Part shown: positions 10,398-20,558 of the stretch, in pieces | Layout: every line of letters starts with the position of its first letter | Numbering within the stretch: the first letter of the stretch is position 1 | Source of the DNA: Candidatus Freyarchaeum deiterrae | Lineage (GTDB): Archaea; Asgardarchaeota; Jordiarchaeia; Jordiarchaeales; Jordiarchaeaceae | Assembly: GCA_037305845.1 (NCBI GenBank) | Contig: CP147778.1 | Span: forward strand, 1,472,001 to 1,536,000 | Reading direction: 5' to 3' | Length of the DNA: 64,000 bases | Translations under genes and position numbers: made by a program | Notes under the pieces: model-generated | Told to the model about the DNA's origin: nothing | What the model saw: the letters and a program-made list of their open reading frames with translations, nothing else | Database searches by the model: none

Positions 10398-10542
10398 GCA
10401 GGGATAGCCAAGTGGTAAACGTTAAACGTATCCGCAACGGCGCAGATAGTCTACAATGGTAGATAGCGTAAGCCTGGAGAACTTTCTTGGAAGCCTGTGA
10501 TCCGTAAGGATCGCGTGGGTTCAAATCCCACTCCCTGCGCCA
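10398..10542 (+). tRNA. tRNA-Ser(GGA) with three introns (~10419..10436 D-loop, 10446..10471 anticodon stem 29/30, 10480..10491 at 37/38)
   Basis: GCAGGGA/TCCCTGC acceptor, long variable arm, TTCAAAT, encoded CCA; removing the introns gives an 89-nt cloverleaf; usual position upstream of rps13. Confidence 0.88.
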
Positions 10543-10629
10543 TTATTTGTTCCTTTTAATATAACTTGAAAAGAAATTCCATCTCTAAATTAAAATTCTT
10601 AAATCTTTAAAACTTGAGTCTAGTACTTT

Positions 10630-11672
10630 CTATTGGGTTTTTTCTTCTTTGTGTTTTTTCCATAGTGAGGGGTAGGTTCCGGGTTCCATTAGTACTCTGT
10701 CTACTTCTACTGCGATTCCGTGATTTGAAGAGTACATTTCTTCGCTGCTCATTTTTGAGCTGCCTAAAGCTACTGCTTCATTTTTGAGTGTGAAAATAGC
10801 AACAAGGTTCCTTACACCTATTTCGCTCTCTAGCTTTACTATTCCTGGGACTGTTAGGTTGGCGCCATGGCAGATAGAGTCCACGGCTGAGTCGCGTATG
10901 AATATTTTGGGTATGTGTTCTAATGCCTTTTCCATGGGTTGTATTATGTTTCTTAAGAAGGATTCATCTCCATCTTCCTTCCAAAAATGGTAAGCATCAA
11001 TAACATCATGCAGGTTTGCAAGAGTATCTTCTTTGAAAGGCCCGGTTCGGGTTCGTCTGAGTTCTTTCATATGGGCGCCGCAGCCCAAGATTTCACCAAT
11101 ATCGTGGCAGAGCTTTCTTATGTAGGTACCCGCCTCGCAACCAACGCGAAGAAGCCCGTTTCGAGCCTCCATCTCTTTTAATTCAATATAGTATATTTCC
11201 CTAATTCTAAGTCTTCTTCTAACGGAGGAGCGGAGTGGTGGGCGTTGATATATTGGCCCTACGAGCTCATTTACAACGTTCCTGAACTTCTCTTCTGGCA
11301 CGTCGCCGTGTAGTTGAATGACGCAGACGTATTCTTTCCCCGCCGGAAGAAGAGTCTGAACCACTTTGGTTGCTGATTCCAAAGCTACAGGGAGTACCCC
11401 GGTGACTTTGGGATTTCACTACTCCTCGCAAAATGCTAGAGGAGTTCTAGTGTCCCAGAGTGACCCGCCTTTTGAATATTGAGAATTTTTTTAACCCAGC
11501 TAACTACTTCATGCGAAGTTGGGCCAGGGGGCTTATCCACATTGATTATACCATTTTTTATGTATTCTTCTATTGGGCGTTGGTTGGGTGGGGTTCCATA
11601 CGTGGGGTCTGAAGTTGCTTCGGCTTTTTCAATTAATTCTCTTTTCTTGTCACTTGGTAAAAAGTGGTCCAT
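10630..11672 (-). CDS. cbf5: H/ACA pseudouridine synthase Cbf5 (TruB family), split by a 32-nt BHB intron; exons 11672..11447 + 11414..10630 = 336 aa
   Basis: [11 protein letters not shown], spliced [25 protein letters not shown] domain. Confidence 0.95.
11415..11446 (-). other. BHB mRNA intron in cbf5 within the catalytic Asp codon
   Basis: GGGA-CACT-AG|A-ACTCCTC...GAGGAGT-AGTG-AA|A-TCCC: strict BHB. Confidence 0.95.
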
Positions 11673-11762
11673 TAAACCAGCCTCATTGTAAATTTTTTTT
11701 AATTTCTTCTGGAATTTAAATAAAAAGAAGTGTAGATTGATTTTTTATACCAGTCTCTTTTT

Positions 11763-12044
11763 TTAGAGATTGATTTTTGCTTTTTCCTTCATCGTATCTA
11801 ACAAGCCGGCATTTTTTAGCAATTCAGCGATTTCGGAGTCTTCAGCCCCGCGTTTAATTTCAATCTTTTTCTCTGTGACTTCCAAATGTTTAACATTTGA
11901 TCTGCGTCTTCTAACCTTGTTTACTGAAGGCGGGCCTGTGATAAGGACATAGTTTTTGTCGATAACTTCAACTATTACGCATCTTTGGCCGGCTTCTCTT
12001 CCTGTTATTTTTATGCAGATTTTTCCGGGTTCAATTGCAGCCAT
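11763..12044 (-). CDS. rpl14e: ribosomal protein eL14
   Basis: GREAGQRCVIVEVIDKNYVLITGP; start MAAIEPG. Confidence 0.95.
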   Translation of the reverse strand: MAAIEPGKICIKITGREAGQRCVIVEVIDKNYVLITGPPSVNKVRRRRSNVKHLEVTEKKIEIKRGAEDSEIAELLKNAGLLDTMKEKAKINL

Positions 12045-12105
12045 TTTTCTAAACCTCCAGCCACTCTTGAGTCTTCCTCTAGGTCGCCCTAGTAGGTTCA
12101 ACCTC

Positions 12106-12648
12106 TTATGAGGACGAGGTGAGATACTCTTCTACAACAGTCTTTAAAATCTTTACTATAGAGTCGAGTGACCATAATTCTGTGTTGATTATTACATCGA
12201 AAATGGAGTAATCATCAACATTTATGTTATAGAGTTTTTTAAATCTCTCCTTCTCGCTCCTTTCTCTTACGAGGGTTTCCTCAAGAGCCTCCTTGTATGT
12301 TTTGTTATCTCTTTCAGAGAGCCTTTTAACTCTTACTTCTAATGGGGCGGTTAGTAATATCTTTATATCAGCAAAGTCTCCAGCTTTCCATGCGCTTAGA
12401 CAAGCATCTATAATCACATCGCCTTCTTTTGCGGCTTGAACAGTCTCCTCATCAATCTCATGATCTACTTCAGGATTTTTCTCAACATAACGGCTAAATT
12501 TCTCTAAGGACATGCCTTTTTCTTTAGCTAAGCGACGGAAGATATCTCCAGAAGAAAGATACTTCAAATTAAATTCCTTTGCTAAGATTTTCGCGCAACC
12601 AGATTTTCCTACGCCGTGCAAACCGCTAACGGTTACAACAATACCCAC
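12106..12648 (-). CDS. cmk: cytidylate kinase
   Basis: P-loop SGLHGVGKS, SSGDIFR; conserved position between rpl34e and rpl14e. Confidence 0.92.
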   Translation of the reverse strand: MGIVVTVSGLHGVGKSGCAKILAKEFNLKYLSSGDIFRRLAKEKGMSLEKFSRYVEKNPEVDHEIDEETVQAAKEGDVIIDACLSAWKAGDFADIKILLTAPLEVRVKRLSERDNKTYKEALEETLVRERSEKERFKKLYNINVDDYSIFDVIINTELWSLDSIVKILKTVVEEYLTSSS

Positions 12649-12914
12649 TACTTGATGCCCCTGATGCTACTCTTATAGAATAATTTTAAACATCGAGAAC
12701 AGAGATAACCACCGTAAGGTCTTTCTGGGCGCCTTTGAGTTTTTGATTTTGCTTCTGAAGTGCGTTCGCTCCAGCAGCCTGGAAGGATCGCCCCGCAGGA
12801 AGCGCAAACCGGTTTATCAGCCTTCTCTCGGCCGTAATGGGTAACCAGTTTCCCTCCCGGTGTTTTAACTTTCTTCCTTAGCATAGATCTAGATCTGTAT
12901 TTCGGACTAGGCAT
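12648..12914 (-). CDS. rpl34e: ribosomal protein eL34
   Basis: KTPGG, CxxC, RPERPYGGYLCSRC. Confidence 0.95.
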   Translation of the reverse strand: MPSPKYRSRSMLRKKVKTPGGKLVTHYGREKADKPVCASCGAILPGCWSERTSEAKSKTQRRPERPYGGYLCSRCLKLFYKSSIRGIK

Positions 12915-12927
12915 TTTTATCACCATC

Positions 12928-13575
12928 CTAAGTTTCAAAATTCACTCCAAACAGACGCATAAAAATACTCTGGAAAGCAAGGTTACAAATGAAATACCAC
13001 CATATAAACCAGAGTCCGAAGCCAGGAATTGAAGACCAAGCAATGGTAGGTAGGCCCAGAAGTGTATTCACATAAGAGGAGATTGTGGAGGCAAAAATTT
13101 GAGGCAAATAGACAAGTATACCCGCTTGCCACATTAACCAATTGAAGTTTATATATCCTGGTCCGACCAGCGCTCCCATCATTCCAGACGGAATAAAGGA
13201 AAGACTGTTTAGGTTAATTGGAAGCACCGCAGTTACGTAGGCAATCCCTGAGGTTGAATAGAGGCTGTTTAGATAAGCGAATATAATCCAAAATGGTATC
13301 ATGAAAAGGAGAGTGGGCCTGAGGCGTACTGTTCCTTGTTCTCTTGTAATTCTTTCAATAAACTTTTGTTTCCTCTCTAGTTTCAATATTAGTTTTTGGT
13401 TATTTTCCTTTTTCGCATCGGCCATGGCTTGTCGATATTTTCTGATCTCTCTGCTATATCTACGAATCTTAGCCACGGGTAAAACCAGCCTATTAACAGC
13501 ACCTGTAATAGCACCTATCGCAACAGAAACTCCAAGGATAACCCACATCGATTCAGGAGGAGCTTGAATACTCAT
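12928..13575 (-). CDS. EMC3/TMCO1 (DUF106, Oxa1 superfamily) membrane insertase
   Basis: TM + coiled coil + TMs, WFIWWYFIC motif; position between adk and rpl34e. Confidence 0.85.
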   Translation of the reverse strand: MSIQAPPESMWVILGVSVAIGAITGAVNRLVLPVAKIRRYSREIRKYRQAMADAKKENNQKLILKLERKQKFIERITREQGTVRLRPTLLFMIPFWIIFAYLNSLYSTSGIAYVTAVLPINLNSLSFIPSGMMGALVGPGYINFNWLMWQAGILVYLPQIFASTISSYVNTLLGLPTIAWSSIPGFGLWFIWWYFICNLAFQSIFMRLFGVNFET

Positions 13576-13605
13576 TTAACCACCTTCCAGTAGACTATAT
13601 ATACT

Positions 13606-14208
13606 CTATCTTTCCAAAGCCTTAAATAACTTAACGGTATCAGCAGCGGCTTCTTCTGCTTTTCCATCATGATTTATGATTATCTTCACAGTAGACCCAG
13701 AGATTTCCGCGCTGGCCAAAGCGGCAGCCCTGCATAACTCTTGGTGTAACTTTATATCTTCGACGGATTCTGTGTCCCGAGTTCTAGTCGCATCCTTGCT
13801 GCGTCGGCCCGCGACTTCTTCAGGAGAGGCCTCAACCAATATTATGGTGTCAGGACGAAGAGCTTCAGTAACCCAGATTGGAATACCCGGCAGAAAACCT
13901 TCGGGTGTTTTAATGAGAATGTGTGTATCCACAATAACAATCTTACTCTTTGCAGTGTTAGCAATCTTCTTAGCCGCTGAACGCTGTATTTCACGCTGCG
14001 TCTCAGCTGGTAAACCTCTCATTTGATCCCTACTCTCTACCAGGCCCTTAGATTTTGCCTCGTCAAACATTACTGTGCCGTAGTTCATTATCACAACCTC
14101 TCCCATACCCGAAGTACGAGCCGCCTCGATTGAAGCGTCTAAGACCGTACTCTTCCCAACTCCAGGTATTCCGGTTACAACGAATATTCTACCATGTCTA
14201 TCCGTCAA
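13606..14208 (-). CDS. adk: archaeal adenylate kinase
   Basis: GIPGVGKST, NYGTVM, RDQMR, VDTH, GFLPG. Confidence 0.96.
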   Translation of the reverse strand: MTDRHGRIFVVTGIPGVGKSTVLDASIEAARTSGMGEVVIMNYGTVMFDEAKSKGLVESRDQMRGLPAETQREIQRSAAKKIANTAKSKIVIVDTHILIKTPEGFLPGIPIWVTEALRPDTIILVEASPEEVAGRRSKDATRTRDTESVEDIKLHQELCRAAALASAEISGSTVKIIINHDGKAEEAAADTVKLFKALER

Positions 14209-14223
14209 TTAAAAGGCCTCCAA

Positions 14224-15903
14224 CTAATCAACACCAAGTAGGCCCTTGAGAGCAGGATTAACAGTTGCAAGTTGTTCCTGAGCGATTATTTGATAGTACT
14301 GGTAAATAATACCCACAGTTAACAGCACTCCAACACCACTGCCCAAAGCACCTGCAAAATCAGCCAAAGTAGCTAAAACACCAACACCTAACCCACCAAG
14401 AATTGTAACCACAGGAATATATCTGTCCAGTACCTTTTCAACAATTTTTGGTGATCTCCTAAATCCTGGCACCATCATTCCTGCTTGTATGAGCTGGTTT
14501 GCTATGTCTCGAGAACTTAATCCGGATACATCAATCCAGATGTATGCAAAAACAGCACATAAACCAGAGAATAGTAGCAGATAAACTCCCGCTCTTGCCG
14601 GGTTAGCGAAAACAGCGGATAAACCGTGTATTGTTGTTAAATAGTATACTGCACCACCGTAGGGTACTAATTGTGATTGCGTACCCCAGTTAGGGATAAA
14701 TTGGCCTAAAATGTTTACCAGAGGGTTAAAGTTCCAACCAACGTTATACTGTGCTATCCAGTAATATTGTAATAACCAACTAGAACTACCGGGTATTAGT
14801 GATAAGTAACTATAAATGGGTACGAAGCCGAAATTGGTCCATATCACTTGGGCCAACATCAAAGCGTTAGCGTAGAGCGCCCAAACTAGAATAACGGGGA
14901 TGTTTGAAGTGTAGAAGAATTTGATGGGATAACGGCCTCGAAAACCTCGATAACGAGCATACTGAAGTGGAATCTCCACTCTTACAGACTCTATGTAGAC
15001 AACAACAAGGAAGGTTATAAAGACCGCAATTAAACCAATCAGGTCGGGTTGACCACTACCTCTGTTAAAAAGATGCCAAATTGCCACTTGGGGATAGAAA
15101 AGTTGATATATGAATGCAGCTTGAGCCCACTGCGTAGCGTAAGGAAGCGCATTTATATAGTATAGGTAAGGCTGAGCAGCTGTGGGAGGGTAAATAATTC
15201 TAAACTGCGAAATGACTTGTTGGAACACTGTAAAAGTGTAAGTGTAGGGAAATTGCAGTGTTTGAATAGCTGCAAGAACTATACCGCTTGCTAGATAATC
15301 ATACGGACTTGAATTTAGGTTAAAGCAGCCATAAAAAATCTGCCCTGCAACGTTGGCTGCGATAAATAAGCTTACACCGCTACCAAGACCCCACCCCTTC
15401 TGAATCGTTTCATCCATAAGAATCAGAAGGAATCCTGAGAACAGTAATTGACCCAAGACGAAAATCATAGTGGTTCCGGAAAGTTGCCCGTAAGCGCCAG
15501 AGAGTATATAGATTAACCCCTGCACCAATGTAATTAGAAAAGCTAAAACTTTCTGTGTTCCAGTGAATAACGCACGGTCATCAGGATTACCGTAATCCAT
15601 CTGAATCAGGCGGGAACCGACGAGCAACTGCATTATAAGTCCAGCCGTCACAATCGGACCAATGCCTAGCTCCATCAAAGTCCCACGCGACGAGGCAAGG
15701 ATCGTACGCATGAAATAAAGGTAATCGTATCCTTGTCCAGATTGGATACCATATAATGGAATATTTGACATCACGAGAAAGATTACGAGGATTACACCTG
15801 TCCATAACAGTTTCTCTCTAAAGGATACCTGTCTCTCCGGTATTCTGATTTCGGGAAAGGACTTTATAATAGGTTTAAAAGCGCTTAGGAAGGTTCCTGC
15901 CAT
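14224..15903 (-). CDS. secY: preprotein translocase SecY/Sec61alpha with enlarged loops
   Basis: GTLMELGIGPIVTAG, GLGSGVSLFIA, YPIKFFYTSNIP, GSGVGVLL. Confidence 0.97.
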   Translation of the reverse strand: MAGTFLSAFKPIIKSFPEIRIPERQVSFREKLLWTGVILVIFLVMSNIPLYGIQSGQGYDYLYFMRTILASSRGTLMELGIGPIVTAGLIMQLLVGSRLIQMDYGNPDDRALFTGTQKVLAFLITLVQGLIYILSGAYGQLSGTTMIFVLGQLLFSGFLLILMDETIQKGWGLGSGVSLFIAANVAGQIFYGCFNLNSSPYDYLASGIVLAAIQTLQFPYTYTFTVFQQVISQFRIIYPPTAAQPYLYYINALPYATQWAQAAFIYQLFYPQVAIWHLFNRGSGQPDLIGLIAVFITFLVVVYIESVRVEIPLQYARYRGFRGRYPIKFFYTSNIPVILVWALYANALMLAQVIWTNFGFVPIYSYLSLIPGSSSWLLQYYWIAQYNVGWNFNPLVNILGQFIPNWGTQSQLVPYGGAVYYLTTIHGLSAVFANPARAGVYLLLFSGLCAVFAYIWIDVSGLSSRDIANQLIQAGMMVPGFRRSPKIVEKVLDRYIPVVTILGGLGVGVLATLADFAGALGSGVGVLLTVGIIYQYYQIIAQEQLATVNPALKGLLGVD

Positions 15904-16133
15904 TTTCCATTTCACTCCGCGGCTTTATGATTTGAAATTCGAGTTTGTTTGGTTTTGTGAGCGAATCCTTATATAATTTTCTTTATATTTTTTGCTATTG
16001 AATTGTTTTTTGGGTTTATATGTCCATTGGCTCTTTTAAAGACACTAATTTTATTGTATTTTATGCTTTGCGTTTAAAACTAATCCTTTAAGAAACATAG
16101 AAAATTAAATTAGTTATTTAACGAGTACGACTT

Positions 16134-16574
16134 TTATTTTTCTAGGGTAATGACCTTTCCGCCTGCTTCCTCAATTTTCTCTTTCGCTTTCTCGCTGAAG
16201 ATTTCTGCTTTTACTATCAGTGCTTTTGTTACCTTACCTGATCCAAGAACTTTAGTAAACCCTAAACTGTTAAGGTCTATTACAGGCATTTTTTCTTGTT
16301 TTTCTTTAGAGAGTTTCTCGGCATTCTGATCTATCTCGCCTACATTTATTGTCAGGTCCTTTGTCACGAGTCTTTCATATCTGATAAATCCATGTTTTCC
16401 GAAATAGTCCGGAAAGAATTTGATGGTTTTGATCCAATTGCCTTTGTGTCCTCCGGTGTTTCCTCTTCCGCCTTTCTGACCTTTGTTCCTATGTTGCCCA
16501 ACTTGTCCCCAGGTGTGGGTTCTGGACCCACGTAATTTCCTTGACTTTTTCCTTCTTCTTAACACTGCCATCAC
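16134..16574 (-). CDS. rpl15: ribosomal protein uL15
   Basis: RGSRTH, GGRG, FGKHGF, KVLGSG. Confidence 0.96.
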   Translation of the reverse strand: MMAVLRRRKKSRKLRGSRTHTWGQVGQHRNKGQKGGRGNTGGHKGNWIKTIKFFPDYFGKHGFIRYERLVTKDLTINVGEIDQNAEKLSKEKQEKMPVIDLNSLGFTKVLGSGKVTKALIVKAEIFSEKAKEKIEEAGGKVITLEK

Positions 16575-16773
16575 ACACTACCCAATTTAATTTGGTATAC
16601 GGTAGTTGCAATAAGCTTTGAGTCTTTATATTTTTTGCTACCAAACTGGTAGATGGGTTTAAAAAAACAGGTTGTTGGGATGGAGCTGAGACTGAAAACC
16701 ATCCTATAAGAAGAGTGCTTTTTATTTTGCTTTTTAAAAAAATGTTAGGTAGTTACTTGTTTTGTTTTTAGTT

Positions 16774-17319
16774 TTAGGCTTTTTGGGCGCGTATTTCTAG
16801 AACTCTATTTTTGTAAGTTGTTTCTACCGTTTTTGGGTTTATTTTGCATGGCATTTGGATTTCTTTGTTGTACTTTTTCATATTGGCATTAACCCATATG
16901 TAGATTGTATTTTTTGTAGCATCTATCTTTATATCGTCTTTTGTCACGCCGGGAATCTCTGCAAGGACTATAATTTCTTTACCTTCATCTAATACTTCAA
17001 CGAAGTGTTCCTCTTCTTTTTGTTCTAGTTGTGCTGGTGGGGGTAGAAATTGATTATCGCCCTTTCCAAGTTGTTTTATTTGAGGCTTACCGTCTGGACC
17101 AATTGTAACTGAGAAGCCATAAAACATGGGTGGTCGATTTTGGAAAAATTTTTCTGGATCTTTAAATATTTTTTCGGGGTTCTGATTCTGAAAAATTTGG
17201 CGCATCAATTCTTCTACCATTTGCTGAAATTGTTGAAAGTCCATGTTTCCAAAAATATCCCAGAAGGGGGGACGACGCTTCTTTTTTTCGTCACGGTCCT
17301 TTTCATCACGGTCTGGCAA
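16774..17319 (-). CDS. hsp20: small heat-shock protein (Hsp20 / alpha-crystallin)
   Basis: FYGFSVTIGPDGKP archaeal sHSP motif, AEIPGV.KDDI, YKN.VLEI. Confidence 0.9.
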   Translation of the reverse strand: MPDRDEKDRDEKKKRRPPFWDIFGNMDFQQFQQMVEELMRQIFQNQNPEKIFKDPEKFFQNRPPMFYGFSVTIGPDGKPQIKQLGKGDNQFLPPPAQLEQKEEEHFVEVLDEGKEIIVLAEIPGVTKDDIKIDATKNTIYIWVNANMKKYNKEIQMPCKINPKTVETTYKNRVLEIRAQKA

Positions 17320-17463
17320 ATAAAAAGCCTCCTAATAAACGGTTTACCACCGTGATATAATAATGTATCGAATGCGGTGATGAGTTCTTTGAAAGCGAGT
17401 AATTCTTTGATATTTTTATTTATGCTGAGATTATTGAAATAATTTTTTTTAAAAAGGTATTTT

Positions 17464-17943
17464 TCAAATCATTTTCATTAGGAGTTCATTAATCTTTTCT
17501 CCACGGTTTCCGAGTTCTCCACTTGCATGGAATGATTTTTTTATTGTTCTATGAAACCCCTTTTTAGGAGGACGGAGTCTAAAAACAGGTTTGAGGTAGG
17601 GTATATCGCTTAATTTAGCCTGGTTTTTGTAAACTGCATTTGCGAATTCATCTACGGTTTTGAATTTTACGTTCTCTTTTATGTATTGATCGTTAAGTCT
17701 CTTGTCCCCTATTAGGCGACCTCTTTTAATTAGGAGCCAACTTAGAGTTTCAGCGTCTATTTCTCCCCAGGTAATGTAGTCCTTAGCTTTCTGTAACATT
17801 CCAAGGTAGCTCGGCGAGCTATTTATTAATGCAACATGGTTTATGTGGTGTAATCTAAGCATTTTTAGAGTATCGTTTATCTCGCCCCTAATATTAACAA
17901 GCCCTCGAAGTCTTATTACCGCTAAAAGTTTGTTTGATTCCAT
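17464..17943 (-). CDS. rpl30: ribosomal protein uL30
   Basis: AVIRLRG, DTLKMLRL, KDYITWGE, RLRPP. Confidence 0.96.
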   Translation of the reverse strand: MESNKLLAVIRLRGLVNIRGEINDTLKMLRLHHINHVALINSSPSYLGMLQKAKDYITWGEIDAETLSWLLIKRGRLIGDKRLNDQYIKENVKFKTVDEFANAVYKNQAKLSDIPYLKPVFRLRPPKKGFHRTIKKSFHASGELGNRGEKINELLMKMI

Positions 17944-17948
17944 AGATT

Positions 17949-18581
17949 TCAGCTCCTTACCCAGTCTTTTGGATGCATTATCTCGTACGTTTTTCTTAGG
18001 GCATCAAAGGTGGCATAAGCAAAGTTTACCGTGGTTTTAGTATGCCCTCGTGACCAAGACCAAATGTCGGTAATGCCGGCTAACCTCAAAACTATTCTTG
18101 CAACATCGGAGGCAACAAGTCCAACTCCTCGGGGTGCAGGAATTAGTTTAAGTTCCACGCTTCCAGATTTGCCTGTTACTTTGAATGGTAAAGAGTGCGG
18201 ATCACCGCATCCGCATTCCCAGCTTCCGCAGCCTCTGCGGGCGGGTATTATATTCATTTTAGCGTTTAATATTGCTTTTCTTATTGCGGGGCCTATTTCT
18301 GCAGCTTTCGACTCGCTTAGTCCAATATATCCATTGTTATTACCAACGGCCACAGTAGCTTTAAATCGGTTTTTTTCTCCCGCGTCTGTTTGCTTTTGGA
18401 CTAGGTTGATATCTATCACTTCTTCTTCCAATCCGGGAAGAAGGGTGTCTACTATTTGGGGTTCCATTATACGTAGGCTTTGCTGGAAAATTTCCTCTAT
18501 GCTTGTGATTAATCCTTCTTTGACCATTAAGCCTACTCTTGTTCTTGGACGCCACTCCTCTTCGACTTGTGTTTGAGCCAT
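17949..18581 (-). CDS. rps5: ribosomal protein uS5
   Basis: [25 protein letters not shown]. Confidence 0.97.
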   Translation of the reverse strand: MAQTQVEEEWRPRTRVGLMVKEGLITSIEEIFQQSLRIMEPQIVDTLLPGLEEEVIDINLVQKQTDAGEKNRFKATVAVGNNNGYIGLSESKAAEIGPAIRKAILNAKMNIIPARRGCGSWECGCGDPHSLPFKVTGKSGSVELKLIPAPRGVGLVASDVARIVLRLAGITDIWSWSRGHTKTTVNFAYATFDALRKTYEIMHPKDWVRS

Positions 18582-19187
18582 TTACTTTTTGCCTCCAAAA
18601 CTTGCGAGAATATTATTTTTTACCTCGTCGAAATGTTTGGGGAGATTTTCTGGTTTAACTCCGCGTTTTAACTGTTGCGAAAATTGTTTATTATATAGTT
18701 CAGATTTTTCAGATAGTGTCTTTGCGTATTTTGATATATGTTCACCGCGTATGCGGGAATCATCAGGAAGTACATCCTCACCGTGGGGAATATCAAGTTC
18801 TCCATCCAGAGCGCCCCTGAGAACCGCGAATAAGCTATTATTTTTAACAGATGGTTGTAATCCAATATCTAAAATGGTTTTTTTGATTTTTTTCTTTTGA
18901 GCCTTTAGGCCAATGAGAAGGCCTGTAAGGTAAGCTGCGGGAATGTTTCCACAGTGTCCTTTCCACCCATAGTTTTTCCTAAGCTCATTTGAATGAGCGG
19001 TAACTAAAACTCTATCCCCTTCGGGTAAGGATTCAATTATTTGTGCTGAAATATTATTTATATTCCTTCGCACAACTAACCTGGGTAATCTTGAAACTAA
19101 TAGTTTTCTTCTCAGATAGTAATCTGTTTTTTGTTCCCTTCTTCTTCTTACTGGAACTCTGTATCTCGGATTTTTGGGCATCATCAA
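18582..19187 (-). CDS. rpl18: ribosomal protein uL18
   Basis: RRRREQKTDY, PRLVVR, PAAYLTG, LDIG. Confidence 0.96.
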   Translation of the reverse strand: MMMPKNPRYRVPVRRRREQKTDYYLRRKLLVSRLPRLVVRRNINNISAQIIESLPEGDRVLVTAHSNELRKNYGWKGHCGNIPAAYLTGLLIGLKAQKKKIKKTILDIGLQPSVKNNSLFAVLRGALDGELDIPHGEDVLPDDSRIRGEHISKYAKTLSEKSELYNKQFSQQLKRGVKPENLPKHFDEVKNNILASFGGKK

Positions 19188-19335
19188 GACCTCTAATGAA
19201 AGATTAAACGCATTTTAATTAGTTATTTTAGTATGAAATTGTGAAATAAACATCAACACTTATTGTTTAAAAGATTTCTACTAAATTGTTTTCTCCTGCC
19301 TTTTTTGGACTAGGTTTGCTATCATTTATTAATGT

Positions 19336-19788
19336 TTACCGTCTTTTTGCTAATTTTTGTTCTTTTATGTAGGACTTTATGTGTGCAGTATTGCGGAAGG
19401 TTCCACCCTTAGCCAATAGGTAAAGCCTTCTATGAACGGTTGGAGTAATGGTTTTACTGGATCTCATCGCACGCAAGACTCTTCGGATCGGCCGGATTCT
19501 GTTTATCCAAAGCCGTTTTCTAGTAATGCGTGAATACTTTGCGCCTCTTCGTTTTCCCTCGCCACGCCTCTGTCCTTTCCTTTTTTTCTCTGTTAGGTTC
19601 CGTGTTCTTCCTCTGCTTGTTCCTACAATTCCTCTAGCACGTATTGCTTTGCTCCTAATTAAGGCTCGAACATCTTCCTTTCTAATAGCCATTGAAACGT
19701 TATCTATATTTTCAGGGTCTATCCATATCCTATTTTCACCGACTTTAAGGATACTTGCAGCCATTTTTCTCTGTGCTCTAAGATTCAA
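19336..19788 (-). CDS. rpl19e: ribosomal protein eL19
   Basis: QRKMAASILKVG..RIWIDP, WINRIR, AKGG.F. Confidence 0.96.
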   Translation of the reverse strand: MNLRAQRKMAASILKVGENRIWIDPENIDNVSMAIRKEDVRALIRSKAIRARGIVGTSRGRTRNLTEKKRKGQRRGEGKRRGAKYSRITRKRLWINRIRPIRRVLRAMRSSKTITPTVHRRLYLLAKGGTFRNTAHIKSYIKEQKLAKRR

Positions 19789-19829
19789 CGTGTTATCCCT
19801 CTTCTTTTTCTATGATTTTATTAGTCTTT

Positions 19830-20558
19830 TTACTTTTCTTCACCCTTTTTCTTGGTTTTTTCTTTTGCTGCTTCAACCAGTTCTTTAATCTGTGCAGCAG
19901 GTAATTTTATTATCTGGGATAGCTCATCAATTTCTGTTTCCTGAGCTAAATCATTTGCACTAAATATGCCTACTTCTTTGAGTTTCTTAACTATTGCCTT
20001 GTCCATGCCTTTAATGGCAGTTAATTCGATTTCTCCTCTGGTCAACCCTGCTTCTTGGACTTTCTTTTTACCTTTTTGCTTTTTATCAGTCTCTAATTCT
20101 TCTAGTTCTAGACCCTCGAGATCCTCCTCCCTGAGGGTTTCTCCTTTTTCTAGTCCTTCCTCAAACTCCTCCTCAGCTAGAATTACTCGCGGATTCAGCA
20201 CCCATATTGTCTTTTTTTCTGCCGAATCCATAATGTCAACTGCTTTACGTCTACCAACGGTGCTAGCTATACGAATAGCTTGTTTCTCGGGGTCAATCTT
20301 ATCTAAATCTTGAACATTATGGACTAATACTTCATCAAATCCCGAGGGGTGGAAACCCCTTATCTTCTTTGGTGCGCCATATCCTATGCTGGGAGATTTG
20401 GGTACACCCTTTCTCTTATGTCTCGTGATACTGTCGGTTCCCTTGGGTGCACGCCAATGCTTCTTTATTCTCTGGTGACGCCAACTTTCATAAGCAACAA
20501 AGGTTGGTTTTTTATCTTTGACCTTTTTACGAACCCGTAAGAGTCTCTTTTCACTCAA
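19830..20558 (-). CDS. rpl32e: ribosomal protein eL32 with acidic linker and C-terminal helix-hairpin-helix domain (TTG start inferred)
   Basis: KP.F, WRAPKG, GYG, RGFHPSG, IRIASTVG; C-terminal LTAIKGMDKAIVKKLKEVGI. Confidence 0.93.
   Translation of the reverse strand: MSEKRLLRVRKKVKDKKPTFVAYESWRHQRIKKHWRAPKGTDSITRHKRKGVPKSPSIGYGAPKKIRGFHPSGFDEVLVHNVQDLDKIDPEKQAIRIASTVGRRKAVDIMDSAEKKTIWVLNPRVILAEEEFEEGLEKGETLREEDLEGLELEELETDKKQKGKKKVQEAGLTRGEIELTAIKGMDKAIVKKLKEVGIFSANDLAQETEIDELSQIIKLPAAQIKELVEAAKEKTKKKGEEK

Noticed and set aside
10630-11672. cbf5 as a frameshifted pseudogene or two genes
   Set aside because: A strict BHB intron at the known position restores a 336-aa protein
17377-17428. 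Possible C/D box sRNA (GTGATGA...CTGA, 52 nt)
   Set aside because: The second guide is low-complexity, the C'/D' boxes are weak, there is no terminal stem and no target was identified
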